Assembly (NCBI RefSeq): GCF_009914755.1 | Contig: NC_060931.1 | Reading direction: 5' to 3' (one strand) | DNA length: 64,000 nt | DNA from: the human T2T-CHM13v2.0 reference genome, Homo sapiens | Shown here: one piece after another, positions 43,966 through 55,275 of the stretch | Layout of the letters: each line of letters begins with the position of its first letter | How positions within the stretch are numbered: position 1 is the stretch's first letter | Position numbers and translations under genes: made by a program | Notes under the pieces: generated by a model | Told to the model about the DNA's origin: nothing | The model's database searches: none | The model's input: only the letters and a program-made list of their open reading frames with translations

Positions 43966-44710
43966 GATGGCTAGATAAAAATAAATAGTTGTTCTACATT
44001 GTAATAGCATCTATTACAGTTTCAAATCTAAATATCTGTCTTTGTTCCAAAAGGAAGCTTATGTATATGATTGTTTTTATTTTCTATGTAGACTCACAAA
44101 AGGAGAGACATAGAAAATTTAACTCTACACTATCATTCCCCCAGATTCAACTCTGGCATGATAAAGATCCTAGAGTGTATTACAAAGAGGTCACCCTTAT
44201 AATATGGTAAATGCATATCTTCTGCTATAAATATTTTCATAAAGCTCTTCTCTTAGTCAAGGATTGAGAGTACAACTGGCCGTCTTTAGGAAATAGGAAT
44301 CAGGAACGAATGGTTGTTGCTCAAAAGCATAACATTTAAGTGGGTTAACAGAGCACTTATATGAATGAGCAAGAAGATAATTGTGCTATTACACACAGTT
44401 TTACGACCATTAAAATACCTGTTCTAATTTGGCATCAGATACGTGAGCACAATGTGAAGAGCCTGAGGTTGGAATGAGAGCAGGAAAAATGTCCGAAGTT
44501 TGGACAGGGAGCAAAGAAATTGAGAAAATTATAGAATTGAAGAGAAAACCATGGTGAGGCACAAAAAAGCTGTATAATTATATGAATGATATTAGGTGGT
44601 TGGCAATAAGCAATTATTAATATTTTCTTTTATGAGTGAGGAAAAAAAAAGTATGGTCATAACAGAGGGAATGCAATTCGAGCATAAGAAGAAACACGAG
44701 AGTATTATGC

Positions 44711-45082
44711 TGTAGTAGTCCAGTCTCACTCTGCTATGAAGAAATACCTATGACTGGGTAATTCATACAGGAAAGAGGCAAAACTGACTCACAGTTGAGC
44801 ATGGCTGGGGAGGCCTCAGGAAACTTGCAATCATGGCGGAAGGCAAAGGGGAGGCAAGGCACCTTCTTCACAAGGCGGCAGGAAGAAGTGAATGCAGGAG
44901 GAACTACCAAACACAAAACCATCGGATCTTGTGAGAACTCACTCACTATCACAAGAACAGCATGGGGGAAACCACGCCCATGATTCAATTACCTCCACCT
45001 GGTCTCTCCCTTGACAGGTGAGGATTGTGGGGATTACAATTCAAGATGAGATTTTGGGTGGGGACACAGCCAAACTATATCA
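44711..45082 (-). mobile_element. THE1D-like MaLR solo LTR
   Basis: TGTAGTAGTCC...GGGGACACAGCCAAACTATATCA; TSD TATGC/CATGC. Confidence 0.92.
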
Positions 45083-46850
45083 CATGCTAAAGCAGCCAAT
45101 AATATCTCTAGGAAAATGTTGTAGTTTAGGGTAGATATGTGTTTGGAACAATTTAGATTCAAAACTCACAGAATTGTGAGTAGCAACAATGATTACTCTT
45201 AAATTAGTAATGCTGGAATATAGGTAATTTTAATTGTGTGTTCTATTCTGTGGTGCCAGTGGCATTTTCCCCCCTGATGTTATTTTTCTGCAGCTCCGGC
45301 TTTGTACATAAATGGATAATAGTGCTCCTTGGTGATCTATTTTCAAGTCAAAATTCTTTCTTATTTTCTGCTGAGGTTTAGCATTCCGTGGATAAAAAGC
45401 AAAGTTTTTCATTCCACAGCAAAATATAATGGTTAAAATACCAACAGCTTTACAGGAAAGAGGACCAGCCTAATAACCCTGAAATAGTCGCAGTTAGTGA
45501 ACCCTTAGGCACAGTTTTCTCAGTAAAAAAATAATGTGATAGTTGATAGGATAACCTGGAGAATCCCACTAAGTGCTGATGTATAGACACTGTTTCAATC
45601 TTCTCACATTCATCTGACTTCCCTCCAGCCTACCTCAGTGCTGTGTTATCCTGTGTATGGACAGATTGCATGTCAGATTCCTAATTTTCAAATCAATTTT
45701 CAAATTAATAATTTAATAATAATGTCTTATACTTATGTATATTTCAAATCAACCCTGGTAAATCTGATACTTGTGTTTTATAGTCAAAGTTGAGCATTTT
45801 ATGAATGCACCTTGTAAATATCACATATCAGGCAAGCACTAGAAAACCAAATCACAAACTGAACCAGGTTATCTTCCAACATTTGCCAAAATGAGATGCA
45901 ACACATCTGAGGGAAATATGTATTAATCTTTCTTGTAAGTTATCTGAATTGGTTTAATGGAAATAAAATTTTAAAAACTAAAATATATTATAAATTCTCA
46001 TGGATCTGTCTACATTGGTTTATAATTTATTTTTTCATTAGATTTATAAAGGGGCAATGTAAAAATTAACATCAGAATATCTTATATAACCCATTTTATC
46101 CATTGTAATAAAGTTTATTGAACACCTGCTATGTATAACTTTTGTTTTATTTCCTTTTAAATAATAGAAACTGTATTAACTATTGGGTTTCACATTTTCC
46201 TTTGGCTTCCATGAAGCTCCTGCCTAAATTTTTTGCTCAGGCACAGAAATGAATTTATCTAGGTTAACTGGATAACAGTGCATCGACCTCTATTTTACTT
46301 ATAGTAGAATTTTATCTACATATTATTTCCTGTTCTGTTTTATATACCTTTAGCAGTGTAAGCTACCTTAAGCCTTTGCAGAAATCAAATGAACTATAAG
46401 TCATATATGAATAAATAAATGCTAGGTCTAATATAGAAAAATTAATACCTTGAAATAAAGGTTTATTGAGTCTTTTTTCAGAGAAGAAGCATTCCTCTAA
46501 TGAAAAATATTAATCAGAACCATATTTGCTAATTAATAATTTAATGATAATGTCTTATGCTTATGTACATTAAATATATTTATATATAAATGATAATAAT
46601 AATGCCTCACACTTATGTACATTAAATGCATATAATATATAATTATATATCTATATTATCACTTCTCACAGTGACCTTAGGAGGTAGACATTTTTTCTCA
46701 AATTAAGTGTGAAAAATTAGAATTCACAAATTCCAGGATTTGAACTAAAGACAACTAATTCTACATAAAGTGGTTCATCTGTAAAATTTAGTGTTTAGAA
46801 CTAATGTTTGCTATTTGCATAGGGCTGCAGTATGAAAGAGTGTTGGGAAA

Positions 46851-47270
46851 TGTCATTAGCCCGTTCTTGCTTTGCTATAAATATCTGAGACTGTGTAATT
46901 TATAAAGAAAATAGGTTTAATTGGCTCATGGCTCTGCACGCTGTACAAGTACGGTGCTGGCATCTGCTCAGCTTCTGGGGAGGCCTCAGGGAGCTTTTAC
47001 TCATGGCAGAAGGCAAAGCAGGAGCTTGAACATCACATGGAAAGAGTAAGAGTAAGGGAGAATGTGGTGGGGGAGTGCCACACTTTTAAACAACCAGATC
47101 TCATGAGAGTTCACTCAGTATTGCCAAGATAGCACCAAGCGGGTAATGCTAAACATTCATGAGAAAACTACCCACATGATCCACTCAGCTCCCATCAGGC
47201 CCCACCTCCAATACTGGGGATGACAATTCAACATGAGATTTAGGCAGTGACACATATCCAAACTACATCA
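46851..47270 (-). mobile_element. MSTB-like MaLR solo LTR
   Basis: GGTGCTGGCATCTGCTCAGCTTCTGGGGAGGCCTCAGGGAGCTTTTACTCATGGCAGAAGG...CATATCCAAACTACATCA. Confidence 0.88.
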
Positions 47271-47857
47271 GGAGGTAAGGCATTTAGATATATGTGTAGA
47301 CTTCAAACCTCCTTGCTGTCTCTTCAGTCCTCTAAAATGAGGTGTGTCTAAAGAAACAAAAGCTTTCATACAGACCTGTACCCTAGTGGAGATACTGAGT
47401 CATGTTGACAAGGATTAAACTAGTCTATATAGGCCATCACATAAAAATAAGCTTTATTTAGCCAGACAACAGTAACCATTGTGTTCACAAGAACACATAC
47501 ATACAAGCATGGCTGTTTGCTCATAGTAAAATTTTCTTTCCTCTAGCCATCAAATTATCTTGAAAATTTGCTGAACTCTTCACTGTACTAACTTAAAAAG
47601 ACCATGCAAGACTTATAATAACTCATTGCATGAAGATGCCTAAGTCATTAATGTGACATTTTTTTTAGAAAGACAGCCTTCCACAAATCTATTTCTAAAT
47701 ATTAGAGGAAATTGTGAAATATGGTTCAGATATGATAGAGAATCATAGCCCATAGTTTTTTCCTGGTGTAATAAGACTTGTAACATTTTCAAGAAATCAA
47801 GTTTAAAGTCAATCCATAACTCTAAGAAGAATCCTACAGCCTCCCTAAAATTTGAAA

Positions 47858-47921
47858 TTATATATATACCTATACACACACACACACAAACACACACGCA
47901 CACACACAAACATATATATAT
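47858..47921. repeat. (TA)n/(CA)n compound microsatellite
   Basis: Direct reading. Confidence 0.9.
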
Positions 47922-47964
47922 GAAAAGACTCTATTAAGATAAAAATACTACCTAGAAGCCTAAT

Positions 47965-48200
47965 GGGGAAAATATGGTTAAGTTTGCTCACACTGAATTG
48001 GAACAAAATAGGATTGAAATTTTATTCCACCATTTAAAAAGCATATGACTTGGGAAAATTACATAACTTCTTCACATGTCAATTTCTTGAGCTATAAAAA
48101 GAGTTCAATAATATAATTTATCTCATGAGGTTGTTGTGAGGATTAATTGTGATAAGGCATGTGAAATGTTTCACTCATTGTTTTTGTAAGTATTGAGTAA
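47965..48200 (+). mobile_element. MIR
   Basis: TATGACTTGGGAAAATTACATAACTTC...TATCTCATGAGGTTGTTGTGAGGATTAA.TG.GATAAGGCATGTGAAATG. Confidence 0.75.
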
Positions 48201-48307
48201 AATCACTGAACTGGTGATAAAATACCAGGTATAAAACTGACAATCTATCCAAATTGATTTTTGTCTTAACACATTCAGGGCAGAAGAAAATGAGAAAAAA
48301 TAAAACA

Positions 48308-48629
<322 letters not shown>

Positions 48630-49868
48630 CTAAAAACATGGATACCCAAATAGAGTAAATTAAGAATCTAGAGACATTAGTTATCTGAAAACTATTCAGA
48701 AACTCTGCACAAACTTTTGATATTGGATTGATTAACTTTGATAATGACCTTATTTTTGGAGTAAAGTGAACACAAATATCAGTGTATTAGCCCATCCTAA
48801 AATATTATTTCATAAAAAATTAATTCATCATAAAATAACACTACATATCACCCTGCTTTCATTTTCTTAACTACATTATAGAATGATAGCACATTTAGAA
48901 GATGATGTCATCTTTCAATTAATAAAGATAGTTGTGCCTCTTAGAGAAAGGTAATAATTTCAAGAAGCTGGATGAGCTGCAAATCTACACAAATATTTTT
49001 AAGAACATATATCTATTTAACAATTTTGTGCTCTCTCAATTTTATTTTTGCTGTTTTTAGACATATGGATGTTTCTATTTTTGAAATTCTTTCTTGTTTT
49101 TGTTTGTGATTTCTGTTTTTTAGTCTTCCTCCACCAAAGCTGTTTAGTAATCTAGTTTTTTTCCATTTCATTATTTGATTAGTTATATTTGATTATTAAT
49201 CTATCAAAAATTACTTCTTCAGTTGTGCAACGTGGCGATCAAAATTGATTCTCAAGTAAATACCTCAGGTTCCTAGTACCAATTATTGTCTCATCTTAAT
49301 ATTTATTCCTTAGTTTATTATTTCTCCTTTATTTATATTAATTATTTATGTATTGTACAATATAACTCCTACATATATAACAGGTTATATTTTTGCATTG
49401 CCATTTCTGGTTGATTGGTCTGTCTATTCGTAGGTTAATACCAGACCATTTTATTGATTTTATTCTTACATTTCCAGATCTTCTCTTTTGGGCAATACTT
49501 TCTGATTTGAAAGGAAGTAGTGAAAAAGTTTTACAAAACAGAGAGGAGGAACATGTGTTGATCAGTCACATGGTTTGTAAAGCAAAATATTGGGGTTTGT
49601 TGTATAGTGTTTACTTATTTTAAATATTAATTTTTTCTATTCAAAGAAAATATTTAATGGTGAAAATCATGAATTTTGGATATAGATGTGGGTTCGAATT
49701 TGAACTTTGTAACTTAATGGTTTTTTAATCTCTGGTAAAATCCATTAAATTCTTTCAAGCTCCTTCCTCTCTGAATGGGATTATTAATATGAATCTCATC
49801 AGTTTAGAATGAGTCCTAAGTGAGATTACAGAGGAATAAATAAAGCACAGCTTACTTGTGATTGTAAG

Positions 49869-49881
49869 TTCCTGTCTTCTT
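49869..49881 (-). other. HERV-H polypurine tract
   Basis: Minus strand ...TTCTTATTAATAT-AAGAAGACAGGAA (consensus AAGAAGGCAGGAA), normally followed by TGTCAGG of the 3' LTR. Confidence 0.9.
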
Positions 49882-50619
49882 ATATTAATAAGAAAAATAA
49901 AACGAAATAGTGCTAAAGTGTTGGGACAGCGAAAATTTTTGGAGATGGTATGGAGAGATAATGGGCGATGTTTCTCAGGGCTGCTTCGAGCGGGATTAGG
50001 GGCGGTGTGGGAACCTAGAGTGGGAGAGATTAAGCTGAAGGAAGATTTTGTGGTAAGGGGTGATATTGTGGGGTTGTTAGAAGGAACATTTGTAATTTAG
50101 AATTATTGGTGATGGCCTGGATACGGTTTTGTATGAATTGAAAAACTAAATGGAATAAGAGAAGGAGAAAAACAGGTATAAAAGGTCTAAGAATTGGGAC
50201 GACTCAGGACATCTGATTAGAGAGTGCCTAAGGAGGTTCAGCATAGTCCTGCCAGCAAAGATTATTTATTTACTTCAAGAGTTAAGAGTGGCAGTTTGGG
50301 GATAGCACCAGGAGGTATCAGCTTTGATGACTTGGAGAAACAGTGTAAACCGGCAGTGTAAACAAGAGCAGGGCATGCATGAGTAGTTGAGAACGGTGAA
50401 TAGGAGTATGACTAGACACAAGATAGTAGGAATGACAAGTTTTTTGGGGGCACAGTCTAAGTTGATCTGGTGTCTGGAATGAGACTGGGGCCTAATAAAA
50501 AGGAGCGTCTATACAGGAGCTCAAATGGCCTGTACCTTGTAGCATTCTGAGGACAGGTCTGACTTCTGAGAAGGGTAAGTGGTAAAAGTATTGTCCAGTC
50601 CTTTTTAAGTTGGTGGCTG

Positions 50620-50790
50620 AGCTTGGTGAGGTGTGTTTTTAAAAGACCTTTAGTCCATTCTACTTTTCCTGAAGACGGAGGACCATAAAGGATATAAAGG
50701 TTTCACTGAATACTAAGAGCCTGAAAAACTGCTTGGCTGATTTGACTAATAAAGGCTGGTCTGTTATCAGACTGTATAGAGGTGGGAAGG
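50620..50790 (-). pseudogene. HERV-H integrase core remnant
   Basis: Manual translation SIQSDNRPAFISQISQAVFQALSIQ*NLYILYGPPSSGKVEWTKGLLKTHLTKL (SDNGPAF and QSSGKVER motifs, one in-frame stop). Confidence 0.85.
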
Positions 50791-51849
50791 CTAAACTGAG
50801 GAGTTATGTCTGACAGAAGGGAAGAAATGACTGCGGTGGCCTTCTCAGACCCTGTAGGAAAGGACTCTACCTATCCAGTGAAAGTGTCTACCTAGGCTAA
50901 GAGGTATTTTAGTTATCTGACTCGGGGCATGTTGAGTAAAGCTAATTTGCCAGTCCTGGGTGGGGGCAAATCCTCGAGCTTGATGTGTAGGGAAGGGAGG
51001 GGGCCTGAATAATCCCTGAGGAGTAGTAGAATAGCAGATGGAACACTGAGAAGTTATTTCCTTGAGGATAGATTTCCATGATGGAAAGGAAATGAGAGCT
51101 TCTAAGAGGCGGGCTAGTGGCTTGTACTATAGCATAGCCTGCCTTTGCTTGTGTGTGGCGATTAGGCCTGGTGGAACTGCCATCAATAAATCAAGCGTGA
51201 TCAGGGTGAGGAACAGGAAAGAAGGAAATATGGGGAAATGGGGTGAATGTCAGGTGGATCAGAGAGATACAGTCATGGGGGTCAGGTGTGGTATCAGGAA
51301 TAATGTGGGAGGCCAGATTGAAGTCCGGGCCAGGAACAATGGTAATTGTGGGACTTAACAAAGAGTGAGTACAGCTGAAGGAGCCAGGGAGCAGAAAGTA
51401 TATGCGTCAGCTATGAGGAAGAAAATAGATTTTGGAAGTTATGAGAAATGTAGAGAGTAAGTTGAGCATAGTTTGTGATTTTGAGGGCCTCTAAAAGTAT
51501 TAGGGCGGCAGCAGCCGCTGCACGCAGACATGACGGCTAGGCTAAAACAGTAAGATCCAGTTGTTTGCGCAGAAAGGCTACAGGGTGCAGTCCTGGCTCT
51601 TGTGTAAGAATTCTGACCACACTAACCATGCCTAGGAAGGAAAGGAGTTGTTGTTTTGTAAGGGATTGAGGTTTGGGAGATTAATCGGATACGATCAGCA
51701 AGGAAAGCACGTGTGTTTTTATGAGAATTATGCCGAGATAGGTAACAGATGAGGATGAAGTTTGGGCTTGACTGAAGTAATGGGGGCTGTCTGTGAAGCC
51801 TTGCGGCAGTACAGCCCAGGTAATTTGCTGAGCCTAATGGGTATCAGGG

Positions 51850-52158
51850 TCAGTCCAAGTGAAAGCGAAGAGAGGCTGGGATGACGGGTGCAAAGGAATA
51901 GTAAAGAAAGCATGTTTGAGATCCAGAACAGAATAATGGATTGTGGAGGGAGGTATTGAGGATAGGAGAGAGGATAGGGTTTGGCACCATGAGGTGGATA
52001 GGCAAAACAATTTGGTTGATAAGGCATAGATCCTGAACTAACTTGTAAGGCTTGTCTGGTTTTAGGACAGGTAAAATGGGGGAATTGTAAGGAGAGTTTA
52101 TAGGCTTTAAAAGGCCATGCTGTAGCAGGCAAGTGATAGCAGGCTTTAATCCTTTCAA
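51850..52158 (-). pseudogene. HERV-H reverse transcriptase N-terminal remnant
   Basis: [44 protein letters not shown]...VPNP, then frameshift. Confidence 0.9.
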
Positions 52159-52562
52159 AGCATGCTATGGGATGTGATATTGGCATTGAGTGGGGTAAGG
52201 GTGATTAGGTTTTAATGAGATGGTAAGGGGTGCATGATCGGTTGCCAAGGAGGGAGTAGAAGTATCTTATACTTGTGGGTTAAGGTGGGGTAATACAAGA
52301 GGAGGACGCAAAGGAGGCTTTGGATTGGGAAGAAGGGCAGCAATGAGATGTAGCTGTAATCCAGGAATAGTCAGGGAAGCAGACAATTTAGTTAAAGTGT
52401 CTCGGCCTAATAAGGGAACTGGGCAGGTGGGGATAACTAAAAGGAGTGCTTAAAAGAGTATTGTCTAAGTTGGCATGAGAGTGGGGGTTTTAAGAGGTTT
52501 AGAAGCCTGGCTATCAATACCCACAACAGTTATGGAGGCAAGGGAAACAGGCCCTTGAAAAT

Positions 52563-52600
52563 AAGGTAATGTGGAGTGAGTAGCCTCGGTATTGATTAAG
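52563..52600 (-). pseudogene. HERV-H protease active-site remnant (degenerate)
   Basis: Manual translation LINTEATHSTLP, where an active enzyme has LIDTGATHS. Confidence 0.8.
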
Positions 52601-52799
52601 AAGGGGACAGACTTACCCTCCACTGTGAGAGTTACCCGAAGCTCGGCGTCCCTGATGGTCTAGGGGGCTTCCGAGGCGATCCGACAGCATCAGTCTTCAG
52701 CCGCTAAGCCAAGAAGATCTGGGAAGGAGTCAGAGAGCCTTCGGCCAGAGTTCCAGGGGCTCTGGGAGTGGCTGCCAGGTGAGTTGGACAGTCCGATTT

Positions 52800-53036
52800 C
52801 TAGTGGTGTCCTGCACAGATGGGACTCGGCTTAGGAGGAATCCTGGGCTGCAGGCATTCCTTGGCCTGGTGGCCAGATTTCTGGCACTTGTAGCAAGCTC
52901 CTGGGGGAGGAGGTTCTGGAGGAACGCCTGGTCGCTGCGTTTCAGATGTTTGGAAGTTCTTGTGTGCTGGAGATGTGGCTGGGGTTTGTCTCACAGTGGA
53001 GGCAAGGAATTGCAACTTTTTTCTATTATTGTACAC
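52800..53036 (-). pseudogene. HERV-H gag nucleocapsid remnant
   Basis: CCHC knuckle CYKCQKSGHQAKEC at 52854-52895; the second knuckle is degenerate. Confidence 0.9.
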
Positions 53037-53977
53037 GTTGAAGGCGAGGTTAATTAAATCCTGTTGTGGGGTTTGAGGGCCAGAATTTAATTTTTGGAGT
53101 TGTATTTAATGTCGGGAGCAGACTGGGTAATAAAATGTATTTTGAGAATAAGACGGCCTTTTGACCTTTCAGGGTCTAGGGCTGTAAAGTGTCTCAGGGT
53201 TGCTGCCAAACGAGCCATGAACTGGGCTGGATTTTTCATATTTGATGAAAGAGCCTAAACGCACACTGATTTGGGAGAGGTCTGATAAGGAAAAAGGAGC
53301 ATTAACCTTGACTATGCCTTTAGCTTCAGCCACCTTTTTAAGAGTAAATTGCTGAGCAGGTGCCGGAGGGCTAGAGGTGGAACGAAACTGTAAGCCGGAC
53401 CGGGTGTGAGGAGGGGAGGTGATAAAAGGATTATAGGGTGGAGGAGTGGAGGCTGAGGAAGAATTGGGACCTAGCTCAGCCTGGCCAGGAGGGGAGAGGT
53501 AGAAAAGGAAGATTAGAAAGACTCAGCGAAGCTTGGGGTTGGGACTGAGGGGACAGGTGGGAGGGAAAGAAGGAAGATTTGGGATGAGTTACATTGGGAA
53601 CAGAGACTAGAGATGCACTGACATGTAAAAGAGTGCCTGGACATCAGGCACCTCAGACCATTTGCCCATTTTACGACAATAATTATTTAGATCTTGCAGG
53701 ATGGAAAAATTGAAAGTGCCATTTTCTGGCTATTTGGAACTACTGTCGAGTTTGTATTGGGGTCAAGTGGCATTGCAGAAGAAAATAAGACGCTTAGATT
53801 TTAGGTCAGGTGAGAGGTGAAGAGGTTTTAAGTTCTTAATAACACAGGCTAAAGGAGAAGAAGGAGGAATGGAGGGTGGATGGTTGCCCATAGTGAAGGA
53901 GGCTAGCCCAGAGAAAAGAGTAGAGACACGGAGAAGGGTTGGGGGTTCTTGCCCTCCAGAAAAGCAGAGAAGGGGTT

Positions 53978-54262
53978 GGGGCACAGAGATACGAGGTCAG
54001 GGCACGGAAATAAGGGATCGGGGTGCAGAGATATAAGAGGTTGGGGCACGGAAATAAGGGATCGGGGCACAGAGATATAAGAGGCTGGGGCACGGAAATA
54101 AGGGATCGGGGCACAGAGATATAAGAGGCTGGGGCATGGAAATAAGGGGTCGGGGCACAGAGATATAAGAGGCTGGGGCACGGAAATAAGGGATCAGGGC
54201 GCAGAGATATAAGAGGTCCGGGTGCGGAAATAAGGGATCGAGGCGCAGAGATATGAGGTTGG
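53978..54262. repeat. 44-bp tandem repeat (about 6.5 copies) in the HERV-H pre-gag leader
   Basis: GGGGCACAGAGATATAAGAGGCTGGGGCACGGAAATAAGGGATC units starting at 53978, 54020, 54064, 54108, 54152, 54196 and 54240. Confidence 0.95.
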
Positions 54263-54711
54263 AGTATTTGCCCCTCCTCTAGAAAAGCAGGACTTGCCGC
54301 TCAGGGTGAAGGAGAAGGGGTTGGGGGTTTCTTGCCCCCCAGAAAGGCGGAGAAGACACGGAGAGAAGGGGTTGGGGTACTTGCCCTTTCCCCAGAAAAG
54401 TGGGACTTGCCGCTAAGGGTGAAGGACCAAGGCAGGCATCCCTGCGTGGTCTGACACCTCTGAAACCTGGGTGAATAATCAGGGACGCATCCCTGGAATG
54501 ATTAAACACCAGGGGAAGGCTGCCTTCCCTAGTCCATGACCAGCGCCGGAGTTTTGGGTCCAGGGATAAAACGTGTCTCCTTTGTCTCTACCAGAAAATG
54601 AAAGGAATTGAAATTAAAAGAAGGGAGAGATTGACGTGTGGCGCCAAGATTGAAAGGAGAAAGAGGTTGAGGGATGGTGAGGGAGGTTGGAGAAGAGAGT
54701 AAAAAGGGGCT

Positions 54712-54720
54712 GCTTACCGG
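54712..54720 (-). other. HERV-H major splice donor
   Basis: Minus strand AATCCG|GTAAGC about 125 nt downstream of the PBS. Confidence 0.75.
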
Positions 54721-54842
54721 ATTTTAAATTGGTGAGATGTTTACTGGGCTGGTCGGTCTGAGGACCTGAGGTCGTACGTGGATCTTTCTCACGAGCAAAG
54801 AACAGGAGGACAGGGGATTGATCTCCCAAGGGAAGTCCCCTG

Positions 54843-54860
54843 ATCCGAGTCACGGCACCA
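54843..54860 (-). other. Primer binding site complementary to tRNA-His
   Basis: TGGTGCCGTGACTCGGAT, 2 nt after the LTR end. Confidence 0.95.
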
Positions 54861-54862
54861 AA

Positions 54863-55275
54863 TTTCATGCGCCTCCGTGTGAAGAGACCACCAAACAGGC
54901 TTTGTGTGAGCAATAAAAGCTTTTAATCACCTGGGTGCAGGCAGGCTGAGTCCGAAAAGAGAGTCAGTGAAGGGAGAAAGGGGTGGGGCCGTTTTACAGG
55001 ATTTGGGTAGGTAAAGGAAAATTACAGTCAAAGGGAGGGTTGTTCCCTGGCGGTCAGAGTGGGGGTCACAAGGTACTCAGTGGGGGAGCTTTTGAGCCAG
55101 GATGAGCCAGGAGAAGGAATTTCACAAAACAATGTCATCAGTTAAGGCAGGAACAGGCCATTTTCACTTCTTTTGTGGTGGAATGTCATCAGTTAAGGCA
55201 GGAACCGGCCATCTGGATGTGTACGTGCAGGTCACAGGGGATATGATGGCTTAGCTTGGGCTCAGAGGCCTGACA
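54863..55275 (-). promoter_or_regulatory. LTR7 5' LTR (413 bp), LTR7up-like layout
   Basis: TGTCAGGCCTCTGAGCCCAAGC...two GTTCCTGCCTTAACTGATGACATT repeats around CCACCACAAAAGAAG...ATTAAA...GCGCATGAAA. Confidence 0.95.

Larger units (their letters stand above)
49869..55275 (-). mobile_element. HERV-H provirus (deleted, non-autonomous type) with a single 5' LTR7 and no 3' LTR
   Basis: LTR7, tRNA-His PBS, gag/pro/pol remnants and PPT; TSD GTAAG at 49864-49868 and 55276-55280. Confidence 0.97.

Noticed and set aside
53978-54262. Regular repeats as a CRISPR-like array
   Set aside because: Units are contiguous with no unique spacers and lie in a retroviral leader in primate DNA; the same applies to the 37-bp and 88-bp repeats.
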